Assembly: GCA_040218735.1 (NCBI GenBank) | Contig: JAVJQW010000011.1 | Span: 134,508 to 198,507 of the forward strand | Direction: 5' to 3' | Length of the DNA stretch: 64,000 nt | Source: Deltaproteobacteria bacterium | GTDB lineage: Bacteria; Myxococcota; Kuafuiibacteriia; Kuafuiibacteriales; Kuafuiibacteriaceae | Shown: piece by piece, positions 1-8,719 of the stretch | Position numbering within the stretch: position 1 is the stretch's first letter | How the letters are laid out: every line of letters begins with the position of its first letter | The notes under the pieces: generated by a model | The model's database searches: none | Told to the model about the DNA's origin: nothing | Seen by the model: the letters and a program-made list of their open reading frames with translations, nothing else | Program-made: the position numbers and the translations under genes

Positions 1-2419
1 CGGCGACGACTTCATCACGCCGACGTGCATTGCAACCCAGCTTGCGGGCGCCGAGTACTGCGGGCGCCGCAACGATCTCGAGCTCACCGAGACCCCCTGC
101 ACCCTCGACCGCGAGTGCATGCAGGGCCTCGTGTGCGTGAAGAGCGAGCCGTCCCTCCCGGGTGTCTGCGCGCCGCCGTGCGGCGCCGGCTGTGATCCCG
201 ACAAGACGTGCCGCACCACCCTCCGCGGCGACGTCTGCCTCAGCCGCGACTGCGCGTGCCACGGCGAGACGGTGCCCGAGGGGACGCGGAACCTGATGGC
301 CGAGGCGCTCGCGAACGTCGACATGACGAGGTGCAGCGCCATCTGGGACACCTTCGCGTTTGCGAACCTCCCGAAGGACCTCCTCCTCGACCCGTACCGG
401 CTCAGCTGGTTCGACGACATCCACAACGAGCCGCTCCGCGGACCCGACTTCGCGAAGGGGGTCGTGCGCGACCTCGACGCCGCCGCGGAGGACGACGGGA
501 TGGCGCCGCCGCGCCGCGCCGCGCGCATGGTGGAGCGGCTCGCGGAGCTGATCGACTTCCCCGCGAACGGGAGCGCCCCCGGGATGCTCGATCCGGTCGA
601 GCCGCTGACCGAGGCGATGGTGGATCTGATCAACGCTACCGGCGGCAACCCGGACCGCGCCGCGATCCTCGCCGACGCGGCGGACGTCCCGATGGATCTT
701 CAGCTCGCGCTCGCGGAGGTGCTCGACGCCATTCGTCGCGCGGACGCGAAGCAGAAGCTGGCCGTGCCGAACGCGAACAACCGCAACAACCTGTACGACT
801 TCGGCGCCGCCTTCATCGCGCCGCGCGCGGATCGGTTCGGCCTCAACGTCGCGACGCCCAACACCCAGCGGCTCCTCAACGAGGACATCCCGTACGGCGA
901 GTTGTACGGCGCGCAAGTCGACTTGCTCGACGCGATCGGCATGGCGGCGCTGCACCGCTTCGCCGCGACGCCGAGCACCACCGCGACCGCCGCGGCGACG
1001 TACGTGTTCGTCCAGGACACGCCGATCGGCCGCGTCGCGATCTCCGACGGCGAAAACGGCGTGCACACCGACGACGCCCCGGACGGCTGGGCGCTCCTCG
1101 TCGACCTCGGCGGCGACGACCTCTACCGAGTCCCCGCCGGCGGCAACGTGAACGCGACGAACTCGGTGTCGGTGCTCATCGATCTGAGCGGCGACGATCG
1201 CTACGGCTACGTCGAGGTCCCGCACCCGCTCGACGACATGCGCCTGGTGTCGGACGCGGGCGGCCGCTACACGCCCACCGCGGGCCCCGACGAGGACAAC
1301 GGCCCGACGAGCTTCTCCGAGACCCCGCGTCAGGGCGGCGGCCGCATGGGCACTGCGACGCTCGTCGACCTCGGCGGCGGCGACGACGAGTACCGATCGC
1401 TTCGGCTGTCGCAGGGCACCGGTGTGTTCGGCACCGGCGTGCTCGTCGACGACGACGGCGACGACCTCTACCTCGGCGAGGCCGCGATGCAGGGCGCCGC
1501 GGCGTTCGGCATCGGTCTGCTCTTCGACGGCGGCGGCAACGACGAGCGCCGCGCCTACCAGTTCGCGCAGGGCTTCGCGTACGCGCGCGCGGCGGGCGCG
1601 GTCTACGACGTCGCGGGCGACGACTTCTACTTCCTCGACCCCGGCGATCCGGACGCGGGCGGCGACCCGCTGTACTACTCGGCGCAGCGTCCCGGTCGCG
1701 CGAACTCTTCGCTCGGCCAGGGCTTTGCGTTCGGTCGCCGCGCGGACTTCACGGACCGCGCGTTCATGAGCGGCGGCGTCGGCATCCTCGTCGACGCGTC
1801 GGGGAGCGACCGCTACGACGGGAGCATCTTCGTGCAGGGCGGCGGGTTCTGGTTCGGCACCGGCATCCTCGCCGACCACGAGGGTGACGACGCCTACGAC
1901 GCGCTCTGGTACGCGATGGGGACCGGCGCACACTACGCGCTCGGCTTCCTGCTCGAGGGCGCCGGCAACGACACCTACGGCGGCGCGCTCCCGCGCGTGA
2001 ATGTGACGATCGCGGGCGCGCACGACTACACGGCGGCGTTCCTGATCGACGAGTCGGGCGACGACGTCTACAACGGCTCGCGCATCACGCTCGGCGCCGG
2101 CAACGTGAACGGCATCGGCTTCTTCGTCGACAACGCGGGCGACGACGAGTACCGCCCGCGTACCGCCTACGGCGTCGGCAACGCGGCCCTGTCGGAGAAC
2201 ACCGACGCGGGCAACGCGCGCCGCAAGGTCCGCAGCGTCGGTGTGTTCATCGACGCGGGCGGCACCGATCTGTACGAGGTGAACGGTATGCCGCCGGAGG
2301 CGAACCTCGGCAACGATCAGACCTGGCGCCAGGCGCAGAACATGGACCCCGCTATCAACCGGAACGAGCGCGGATCGGGCGTCGATGGCGTCGGGGAGTC
2401 CACGCTCCACGCCCGCTAA
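1..2419 (+). CDS. Secreted tandem-repeat protein, 5'-partial. The frame is open from position 2; the ORF track starts at 119. It has a Cys-rich N-terminal region followed by about 12 copies of a ~25-aa repeat built on hhhDxxG(D/N/S)DxY.
   Basis: Frame 2 has no stop from nt 2 to 2419. Repeats read directly in the translation: LVDLGGDDLYRV, LIDLSGDDRYGY, LVDLGGGDDEYRS, LVDDDGDDLYLG, VYDVAGDDFYFL, LVDASGSDRYDG, LADHEGDDAYDA, LLEGAGNDTYGG, LIDESGDDVYNG, FVDNAGDDEYRP, FIDAGGTDLYEV. Codon usage is consistent with the rest of the window. No family is recognised by eye. Confidence 0.6.
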   Translation, partial: GDDFITPTCIATQLAGAEYCGRRNDLELTETPCTLDRECMQGLVCVKSEPSLPGVCAPPCGAGCDPDKTCRTTLRGDVCLSRDCACHGETVPEGTRNLMAEALANVDMTRCSAIWDTFAFANLPKDLLLDPYRLSWFDDIHNEPLRGPDFAKGVVRDLDAAAEDDGMAPPRRAARMVERLAELIDFPANGSAPGMLDPVEPLTEAMVDLINATGGNPDRAAILADAADVPMDLQLALAEVLDAIRRADAKQKLAVPNANNRNNLYDFGAAFIAPRADRFGLNVATPNTQRLLNEDIPYGELYGAQVDLLDAIGMAALHRFAATPSTTATAAATYVFVQDTPIGRVAISDGENGVHTDDAPDGWALLVDLGGDDLYRVPAGGNVNATNSVSVLIDLSGDDRYGYVEVPHPLDDMRLVSDAGGRYTPTAGPDEDNGPTSFSETPRQGGGRMGTATLVDLGGGDDEYRSLRLSQGTGVFGTGVLVDDDGDDLYLGEAAMQGAAAFGIGLLFDGGGNDERRAYQFAQGFAYARAAGAVYDVAGDDFYFLDPGDPDAGGDPLYYSAQRPGRANSSLGQGFAFGRRADFTDRAFMSGGVGILVDASGSDRYDGSIFVQGGGFWFGTGILADHEGDDAYDALWYAMGTGAHYALGFLLEGAGNDTYGGALPRVNVTIAGAHDYTAAFLIDESGDDVYNGSRITLGAGNVNGIGFFVDNAGDDEYRPRTAYGVGNAALSENTDAGNARRKVRSVGVFIDAGGTDLYEVNGMPPEANLGNDQTWRQAQNMDPAINRNERGSGVDGVGESTLHAR

Positions 2420-2441
2420 TTGTGGTATTCATCCGCAGCCG

Positions 2442-2525
2442 GCCGGGATGGCGAAATTGGTCATACGCGGGGGCCTTAAAAGCCTCTGTCCTCTGGACGT
2501 CAGGGTTCGAGTCCCTGTCCCGGCA
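2442..2525 (+). tRNA. tRNA-Leu (anticodon UAA). Type II, long variable arm, CCA not encoded.
   Basis: Manual fold. Acceptor GCCGGGA pairs with TCCCGGC. D-stem GCG/CGC. Anticodon stem GGGGC/GCCTC with loop CTTAAAA, so anticodon TAA with U33. 14-nt variable arm GTCC..GGAC. T-arm CAGGG-TTCGAGT-CCCTG. Discriminator A. It begins 22 nt after the stop of the repeat-protein gene. Confidence 0.8.
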
Positions 2526-3762
2526 TGAACGCCACGTGGGATCCCTCGGCGGGGATCACCAGCGTGGTGTGGATCGTCGTACCGGCGCCCGGCGCCGACT
2601 GGACGTCGAACGTGCCGCGGAACTTCTGGGCACGCTCCTTCAGGTTCGTGAGCCCGTAGTGTCCGCTGCGGGAGGCGGTCGCCGCTTCGAAGCCCTTCCC
2701 GTCGTCGGTGACGATCAGCGAGACCATGTCGCCGTCGTACTTGAGCCGCACCTCGACGTTCTTCGCCTCTGCGTGTTTCGCCGTGTTGGTCAGGCACTCC
2801 TGCAGGATGCGGAAGATCGCGAGCTGCATCTCACTCGGGAGGCGCCGCGTCCGGCCGCGGACCTTGAACGCACACCACGAACGCGACCGCTCCTGGAACC
2901 GCATGCAGTAGTCCTCGAGCGCTTTGTGCAGGTCGAAGTCACGACGCATCATCGTGAGCGACCGTCGCAGCTCGTCGATCGCCTCCTCCGCCTGCGCCTT
3001 GAGCTCCTGGATCTCGTCGCGCAGCGGCGGGTCCTTCGCCATGCGCAGGATGAACTCCGACTGGATGATCAGCGTGGACAGCGAACCACCGAGCCCGTCG
3101 TGGATCTCGCGCGCCAGCCGCAATCGCTCCTCGGTGATGATCGCCGACTCCTGGCTCTTCGTGAGCTCCCGGAGCTGACTCGTCCGGCGCTCGTCGCGCG
3201 CCGACAGGTAGAGCAGGACGTACGCCGCGATCAGCGACAGCGTGGAGTACCACCCGACGAGGAACACCCCCTCGCCCAGCGCGCCGCCCGCGCCGAAGGT
3301 GCGGTCGAGGCTCGCGACGATCGGCAACACCAAGAGCGGCGGCACCAACGCAAAACGCTGCGGGAACAACAGCACGAAGAAGATCGCGAACAACACCTGC
3401 GCGCCCATCACCGGCGACTGCAGCCCGCCGCTCGGGAGGACCATCATCGTCAGCGCGCACAGATCCAGGCACAGCGTCGCAAACGTCAGCGGGCGACCGA
3501 GGGTGGGATGATCGATCAGCAGGAAGTTCGCGACCGAGTAGGCGATCACCGCGAAGTACACGACGAACGCGATCGAGCTCGTCGTCCCCAGGAAGCGCGA
3601 CCACGAGGGGACCGCGAGCACACACAGACCGATCGCGAGGAACGCGAGGCGCGCGTAGAACAGCGCCCGCGCCCGATCCGAGAAGCTCTCCGTGATCTGG
3701 AGGGCATCTTCCGTCGCCCCGTCCAGCGCGGCCGAGCCGCCGTAGGTGGGTGGCATCGACAC
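2500..3762 (-). CDS. Membrane sensor histidine kinase. Multi-TM N-terminus, HisKA_3 (NarX/DesK-type) H-box, HATPase_c.
   Basis: The ORF carries an H-box EIHDGLGGSLSTLIIQSE and HATPase motifs LIVTDDGKGF and GAGTTIHTTL. It has more than five hydrophobic helices at the N-terminus. Its last ~26 nt overlap the tRNA-Leu on the opposite strand. Confidence 0.8.
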   Translation of the reverse strand: MSMPPTYGGSAALDGATEDALQITESFSDRARALFYARLAFLAIGLCVLAVPSWSRFLGTTSSIAFVVYFAVIAYSVANFLLIDHPTLGRPLTFATLCLDLCALTMMVLPSGGLQSPVMGAQVLFAIFFVLLFPQRFALVPPLLVLPIVASLDRTFGAGGALGEGVFLVGWYSTLSLIAAYVLLYLSARDERRTSQLRELTKSQESAIITEERLRLAREIHDGLGGSLSTLIIQSEFILRMAKDPPLRDEIQELKAQAEEAIDELRRSLTMMRRDFDLHKALEDYCMRFQERSRSWCAFKVRGRTRRLPSEMQLAIFRILQECLTNTAKHAEAKNVEVRLKYDGDMVSLIVTDDGKGFEAATASRSGHYGLTNLKERAQKFRGTFDVQSAPGAGTTIHTTLVIPAEGSHVAFMPGQGLEP

Positions 3763-3817
3763 GTCCTAACACGAGTCGCTTGACCCCTCACGCATCAGGC
3801 GGGATGGACAAGGCACC

Positions 3818-5212
3818 GTGTGTGGCGTGTTCGGCATCTGGTCCCATCCGGAGGCCGCCAAGCTGGCGTACCTGGGCCTCCACGCCCTCCAGCACCGCGG
3901 CCAGGAAGCCGCCGGGATCGTCGCGGCGGGCCGTGAAGATCAGCGCTACGCCCGGCACCTCGGCCGCGGCCTCGTCGCCGACGTCTTCACCGAGACGACG
4001 CTCACCCGCCTCGCCGGACAGCACGCGATCGGGCACGTCCGCTACTCGACCGCGGGGGGCACCGGGCAGGAGAACGCCCAACCGTTCTCGGTCCAGACCA
4101 GCAAGGGCCCGCTCGCGCTCGCGCACAACGGGAACCTCGTCAACGCCAAGGAGATCCGCGAGACACTCGAACGCGAGGGCGCCATCTTCTCGACGCCCGG
4201 CGACTCCGAGGTCTTCGTCCACCTCCTCGCGCGGGCCCGCGCGCCGCGCCTCGTCGACCGCGTCCGCGAAGCCGCCGCGCAGGTCATCGGCGCGTACACC
4301 CTGATCATGATGCACGCGGGCGGCATGATCGGCGTGCGCGATCCGGAGGGCTTCAGGCCGCTCGTCCTCGGCGAGCTCAACGGCGCCCACGTCCTCGCGA
4401 GCGAGACCAGCGCGCTGGAGCTCATCGGCGCCACGTTCCTGCGCGAAGTGAAGCCGGGGGAGATCGTCTCCATCGACAAAAACGGCGTGCACAGCGAACG
4501 CCTCGTCCACGCGCCCGACGCCCGCCCCTGCTCGTGTGTCTTCGAGCTCGTCTACTTCGCGCGCCCGGACAGCTCGATCTTCGAGCGCAGCGTCTACGAA
4601 GCGCGCGTGAAGATGGGGAAGCACCTCGCCGAAGAGCAGCCCGCCGAAGCCGACCTCGTCGTGCCGGTACCGGACTCGGGTGTCCCCGCCGCGCTCGGGT
4701 TCGCGGAGGCCTCCGGCATCCCGTTCCGCCACGGCCTCCTGCGCAGCCACTACGTCGGCCGCACGTTCATCGAGCCCGAGCAGTCGATCCGCCACTTCGG
4801 TGTGAAGCTGAAGCTCAGCCCGATCCGCTCGGTGCTGGAGGGCAAACGCGTCGTGGTCGTCGACGACTCGATCGTGCGCGGCACCACCAGCCGCAAGATC
4901 GTCGGGATGCTCCGCAGCGCGGGCGCGAAGGAGGTCCACCTGCGGATCTCGTCGCCGCCGTCGCGCTACCCCTGCTTCTACGGCATCGACACCCCCACAC
5001 GCACCGAGCTCATCGCCGCGCAGAAGTCCGTCGAAGAGACGCGCGACTTCATCACCGCCGACAGCCTCGGCTACCTCTCGGAGGCGGGCCTGCACGCGGC
5101 GGCGAACGACGCCGAGCAGGAGCGCTTCTGCAACGCGTGTTTCACCGGTCGCTACACGTCGGGCCGCGAGCTCATCGAGCCGCGCCTCGTCCAGCTCCCG
5201 AGCAACGCGTAG
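3818..5212 (+). CDS. purF: Amidophosphoribosyltransferase (glutamine-PRPP amidotransferase).
   Basis: N-terminal (M)CGVFGIWSHPEAAKLAYLGLHALQHRGQEAAGIV with the catalytic Cys at position 2. GTG start. PRTase-domain motifs VVVVDDSIVRGTT. A C-terminal Cys cluster CNACFTGRYTS suggests the Fe-S type. Confidence 0.95.
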   Translation: MCGVFGIWSHPEAAKLAYLGLHALQHRGQEAAGIVAAGREDQRYARHLGRGLVADVFTETTLTRLAGQHAIGHVRYSTAGGTGQENAQPFSVQTSKGPLALAHNGNLVNAKEIRETLEREGAIFSTPGDSEVFVHLLARARAPRLVDRVREAAAQVIGAYTLIMMHAGGMIGVRDPEGFRPLVLGELNGAHVLASETSALELIGATFLREVKPGEIVSIDKNGVHSERLVHAPDARPCSCVFELVYFARPDSSIFERSVYEARVKMGKHLAEEQPAEADLVVPVPDSGVPAALGFAEASGIPFRHGLLRSHYVGRTFIEPEQSIRHFGVKLKLSPIRSVLEGKRVVVVDDSIVRGTTSRKIVGMLRSAGAKEVHLRISSPPSRYPCFYGIDTPTRTELIAAQKSVEETRDFITADSLGYLSEAGLHAAANDAEQERFCNACFTGRYTSGRELIEPRLVQLPSNA

Positions 5213-5215
5213 CCG

Positions 5216-8095
5216 TCACCACTCGAGCGGGTGGCCCGCGATGTCGTCCTTGGACGTGGTCACGAAGACCTGCGTCGCGCCGCCGAGGTAGGCGAGCATC
5301 TGGGCGAGGAGCTTGCGTTTCTTCGCCGAGAACTTCGTGAAGGGGTCGTCGAAGAGCACCGGGATGCGGCGCTCGCGCACGATGGCCTCCACGAGGCAGA
5401 ACCGCAGCGCGGCGTCGACGAGGTCGAGCTGCTCCCCCTCGAGCTGCGTGTACGCGGTGGATTCGTCGGCCGCGGTGTAGAGCGTGACCTCGCCGCGGGG
5501 GCCAAAGGAGGCCGTACGGAAGTGACCGTCGGTGAACGCGACGAGGTACTGCCCGAGGCGGCGCTCGATCGCCTGCCCGAGGTCGTCGACCTGGCGCTGG
5601 AGGACGTCGACCGCCGCCTGCATCAGGTCGCGCGACCGGTCGGGGATCATCGCGCCGCCCGAGCCGTCGTAGGTACCGACACCGTACCCGCCGCTTCCGC
5701 CGCCGCCGCCGCCGTAGCCGCCCACCGCGAAGTAACCGCTCGCGCCCTGCCCGCCCGACGAGTCGGACCGCCCCGACGACGACGCGCCGTAGCCGGAACC
5801 GTAGCCGTCTTCGTCGTCATCGTCCTCTTCGACCAACGATCCACCGCCGAAGTCGAACATCGCGCGCGCGTTGCTGTCGGCGTTGGGGATCGGCTGCTTC
5901 GGTACCGGCGGCGCGGGCTGCGGCTCGCCGGGGTACGCCTTCGTGATGATGCTCGGCTCGCGCGCGAGGGGATCGGCGGGCGCCGACTCGTTCGTCTGCG
6001 AGAACTCGCGCGGATCGATCGGCGTGACAAACGTCGAGAACGACCGCGGGCGCGCCGTGCGCAGCTCCGGGACGTCCGACGCGACGTCCGGTGCAGGCAG
6101 CGGCGGCGACGAGGGGAACGACGGGAGCTTGGCCCTGACCCCGGGCGAGCTCGCGAGGGGATCCGGGTTCTCGAAGTCGCCGGTGCGTACACCCGGGATG
6201 TCGTCGCTCTTGATCTTGCCGAGATCGTCCGTCGAGAACCGAGGCACGTCCCCGGTTCGCACGGGGAGGTCCCGCGTCGGCGGTGACGCGGGTGTGCCGA
6301 CGATCGATCCTCCGCGTGGACGCGGCACCGGTGCGCCGCTCGCCCCACGTGGCAGCGGCGCGCGGACTCCACTCGCCGCCCTCGGGATTGGCGTGCCCGG
6401 GACACTCGTCGCGCGCGGCGGCGCCCCGCCCGGGATAGGCGTGCCGACGATGGAGCCGGTCCGCGTCCGCTCCGGCGGTGGGAGGTCCGGCGTCCCGACG
6501 ATCGAGCTCGCGCGCTGCTTCGGTTCACCGAGATCCGTCGCGAGGCGATCGATGCGGCGGTTCAGCGTGTCGACCGAAAGCAGCGAGCCCGCCCCCGCCA
6601 TGACATCGGCCTCCAGCGCCTCGAGGCGCCGCTCGATCGCGGTGAGCTCCGCGGTCGCGGAGCTCAGCTCCGAGTCGCGCATGAGCGACGCGAGGGTCTC
6701 CTCCGCGATCATGCGTTGGTGCTGCACGCGCTCCTGCGCTTCGAGGCGTTCGAGGAGCGCGGCCGGGGAGTCGACGTCGAGCTTGGTCATCAGGCGCTTC
6801 GTCGCGCCGGTGTCGAGGTTGTGCTGTTTCTCCAGGCGCGTGAGTCGGTCCTTCGCGGCGGTGTGTCGGACGGCGCGCCGGGCGCGGCCCTCGAGGTCGG
6901 AGATGAAGCGCAGCGCCGAACCACCCACGACCAGCGCGCACGCGACATTGAGCAGCGCGAGCATCGGGGCGGCGAGCACCCCGGCCAGCACGAGGAAGCC
7001 GACGACGCCCAGCAGCCCGCCGAGGAAGTACGGATCCTTCTCGAGCGGTTGGATGAACGCGTTGCGCTCCTCCGCTTCGAGCGCGATCAGCTCGTCGTCG
7101 AGTCGCGCGCGGTCGTCCATGAACTTGGCTTCGAGCTCTTCGTAGTGCCGCAGGCGCTCGGTGAATCCGCTCGGGAGGTTCTGGAGGTCGTCGCCGGGGG
7201 CGTCCTGTTCGATGCGCTCGAGCTCCGCCTTCACGCGCGACACCCGCTCGACCTTCTCGGCGAGCTCGAACTTGCGGTGGTTGAGCTGGTCGATCTCGTC
7301 CTGCGCCCGCTCGGACCGCACCAGCGTCTCGAGCTGCCCCTTGAGCTTGGCGAGCTCGGCGCGCGCCTCCTCCTTGGAGGCCTTCTTCTTCTCGGGCGTC
7401 GGGGCCGCGGAGCCCGGATCCTCGAGCTCGGACTGCACCAGCGCGTTGGTGACGTTGAGCGAGGAGCCGAAGGTCCCCGGCATCACGCCGCTCATGTGGG
7501 AGAGCGCGCGCGGCGGCGCGGCGCCCAGCGCGCTGTCGGGGCGCGCCATGACGCCGGAGAGGTGGTGGTGCTGCATCCCCCCCGCGAGCCCCGGCGCGGA
7601 GGGTGCGGGGGCGTTCGACATCAGCGGCGCGCCGCTCTTGGTGCGCGCGCGCTCCAGCCTCGACGGCATCGACTCCGGCGAGAAGACGAAGAGGCGCTCG
7701 TAGGAGACCTCGTCCGGGAGGTGCTGCTGGACGCGTACGTAGTTGGCGGCGTCTTTCGTGACGTCGGTGAACAACGTGTACTGCTTCGTCGCCTGGTCGA
7801 ACTTGTAGAGCTTGATCGCTCCGCTGTCCGCCTCGCGGATCATTCGGTACGTGACCTTGTCGCGACCGAAGAACGTGAGCGCCGCGCGCGACCGGTCGGC
7901 GCGCGACATGACGAGGTGTGCGGTCGCGTTGTGCCGCGCGGGGTCCGCGAAGAGCGTGTGATAGAAGGCGTCGAACAGAGCGGTGCCCAGCGCGCGATCC
8001 GAAGGATGCGCGACGTTCAGCCCGGGCTTCATGCGAAGCCGGACCAGCTCCGGAAAGCCCTTGATGCCCTGGAGCGCGAGCTCGACGACGATCAT
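5216..8095 (-). CDS. Large membrane-anchored SMC/SbcC-like coiled-coil protein (959 aa). Walker A, ABC signature and Walker B are all degenerate. It carries Pro-rich and Gly/Tyr-rich low-complexity regions.
   Basis: The N-terminus MIVVELALQGIKGFPELVRLRMKPGLNVAHPSDRALGTALFDAF matches the SMC/RecF N-terminal pattern, but GPNGSGKS is replaced by AHPSDRAL. The C-terminus LEGEQLDLVDAALRFCLVEAIV...IPVLFDDPFTKF is a degenerate LSGGE/Walker B/D-loop. There are long coiled coils, one TM helix (FLGGLLGVVGFLVLAGVLAAPMLALL), SIVGTP repeats and a (GGYG)n tract. Confidence 0.7.
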   Translation of the reverse strand: MIVVELALQGIKGFPELVRLRMKPGLNVAHPSDRALGTALFDAFYHTLFADPARHNATAHLVMSRADRSRAALTFFGRDKVTYRMIREADSGAIKLYKFDQATKQYTLFTDVTKDAANYVRVQQHLPDEVSYERLFVFSPESMPSRLERARTKSGAPLMSNAPAPSAPGLAGGMQHHHLSGVMARPDSALGAAPPRALSHMSGVMPGTFGSSLNVTNALVQSELEDPGSAAPTPEKKKASKEEARAELAKLKGQLETLVRSERAQDEIDQLNHRKFELAEKVERVSRVKAELERIEQDAPGDDLQNLPSGFTERLRHYEELEAKFMDDRARLDDELIALEAEERNAFIQPLEKDPYFLGGLLGVVGFLVLAGVLAAPMLALLNVACALVVGGSALRFISDLEGRARRAVRHTAAKDRLTRLEKQHNLDTGATKRLMTKLDVDSPAALLERLEAQERVQHQRMIAEETLASLMRDSELSSATAELTAIERRLEALEADVMAGAGSLLSVDTLNRRIDRLATDLGEPKQRASSIVGTPDLPPPERTRTGSIVGTPIPGGAPPRATSVPGTPIPRAASGVRAPLPRGASGAPVPRPRGGSIVGTPASPPTRDLPVRTGDVPRFSTDDLGKIKSDDIPGVRTGDFENPDPLASSPGVRAKLPSFPSSPPLPAPDVASDVPELRTARPRSFSTFVTPIDPREFSQTNESAPADPLAREPSIITKAYPGEPQPAPPVPKQPIPNADSNARAMFDFGGGSLVEEDDDDEDGYGSGYGASSSGRSDSSGGQGASGYFAVGGYGGGGGGSGGYGVGTYDGSGGAMIPDRSRDLMQAAVDVLQRQVDDLGQAIERRLGQYLVAFTDGHFRTASFGPRGEVTLYTAADESTAYTQLEGEQLDLVDAALRFCLVEAIVRERRIPVLFDDPFTKFSAKKRKLLAQMLAYLGGATQVFVTTSKDDIAGHPLEW

Positions 8096-8267
8096 CGACC
8101 AGGTTCCTCGACCGCCCCGGACGAACGCGCCCGAGACACCTCGTCCGGGCTACGCTCGGGTCGAGGCGGACGCAGTAAAGCATCGATGCCGCCCGCCATA
8201 AACGGCGGACAGCGGCCTACACCGACGATGGGATGGTAAACGCGCCGTGCGCGGTGCGCGGCGGCGA

Positions 8268-8633
8268 TCAGGAGCGCTTCTGCCGGTGGTCGGTGCGCTC
8301 CTTGATGCGCGCCGCCTTACCGGAGAGGTTGCGGAGGTAGTAGAGCTTGGCGCGGCGGACCTGACCGTGGCTCTTGACCTCGATCTTGTCGATCGCGGGC
8401 GTCGCGAGCGGGAAGATACGCTCGACGCCGACGCCGTGGGAGACCTTGCGGACCGTGATGCTCGCCCGGACGCCGCCCTTGCGGTGGCGAATGACGATGC
8501 CCTCGAAGACCTGGATGCGCTCTTTGTCGCCTTCCTTGATCTTGGTGTGAACTCGAACCGTGTCTCCGATGCGGAGCGCCGGGTGGTCGTTGCGGATGTA
8601 GTTCTTTTCGATTTCGTCGATGACCGAGTTCAT
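8268..8633 (-). CDS. rplS: 50S ribosomal protein L19.
   Basis: [48 protein letters not shown]... ATG at 8631-8633. The 18 codons upstream in the ORF track look like a spurious extension. Confidence 0.93.
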   Translation of the reverse strand: MNSVIDEIEKNYIRNDHPALRIGDTVRVHTKIKEGDKERIQVFEGIVIRHRKGGVRASITVRKVSHGVGVERIFPLATPAIDKIEVKSHGQVRRAKLYYLRNLSGKAARIKERTDHRQKRS

Positions 8634-8719
8634 GATCCAAGCTCCCTGGGAGAGAGGCGTTTTCTTCTCAGGCGGTCGTCGCGTCAAGAGAAAAAGTCCA
8701 TCGTCGGGCTTTCACGCCC

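Noticed and set aside
208-1887. Long Arg/Pro-rich alternative-frame ORFs overlapping real genes (e.g. 208-1887, 5647-6528, 6525-8183, 12354-13931, 26494-27903, 53149-53946, 60052-60627).
   Set aside because: These are typical high-GC shadow ORFs: extreme Arg/Ala/Pro/Gly composition, no motifs, fully nested in strong homolog-bearing genes on the other frame or strand.
8096-8267. GC-rich hairpin (ccgcc-ataaac-ggcgg) downstream of rplS as a rho-independent terminator or ncRNA.
   Set aside because: The stem is short and there is no U-tract. It cannot be distinguished from random GC-rich secondary structure, so I did not call it.
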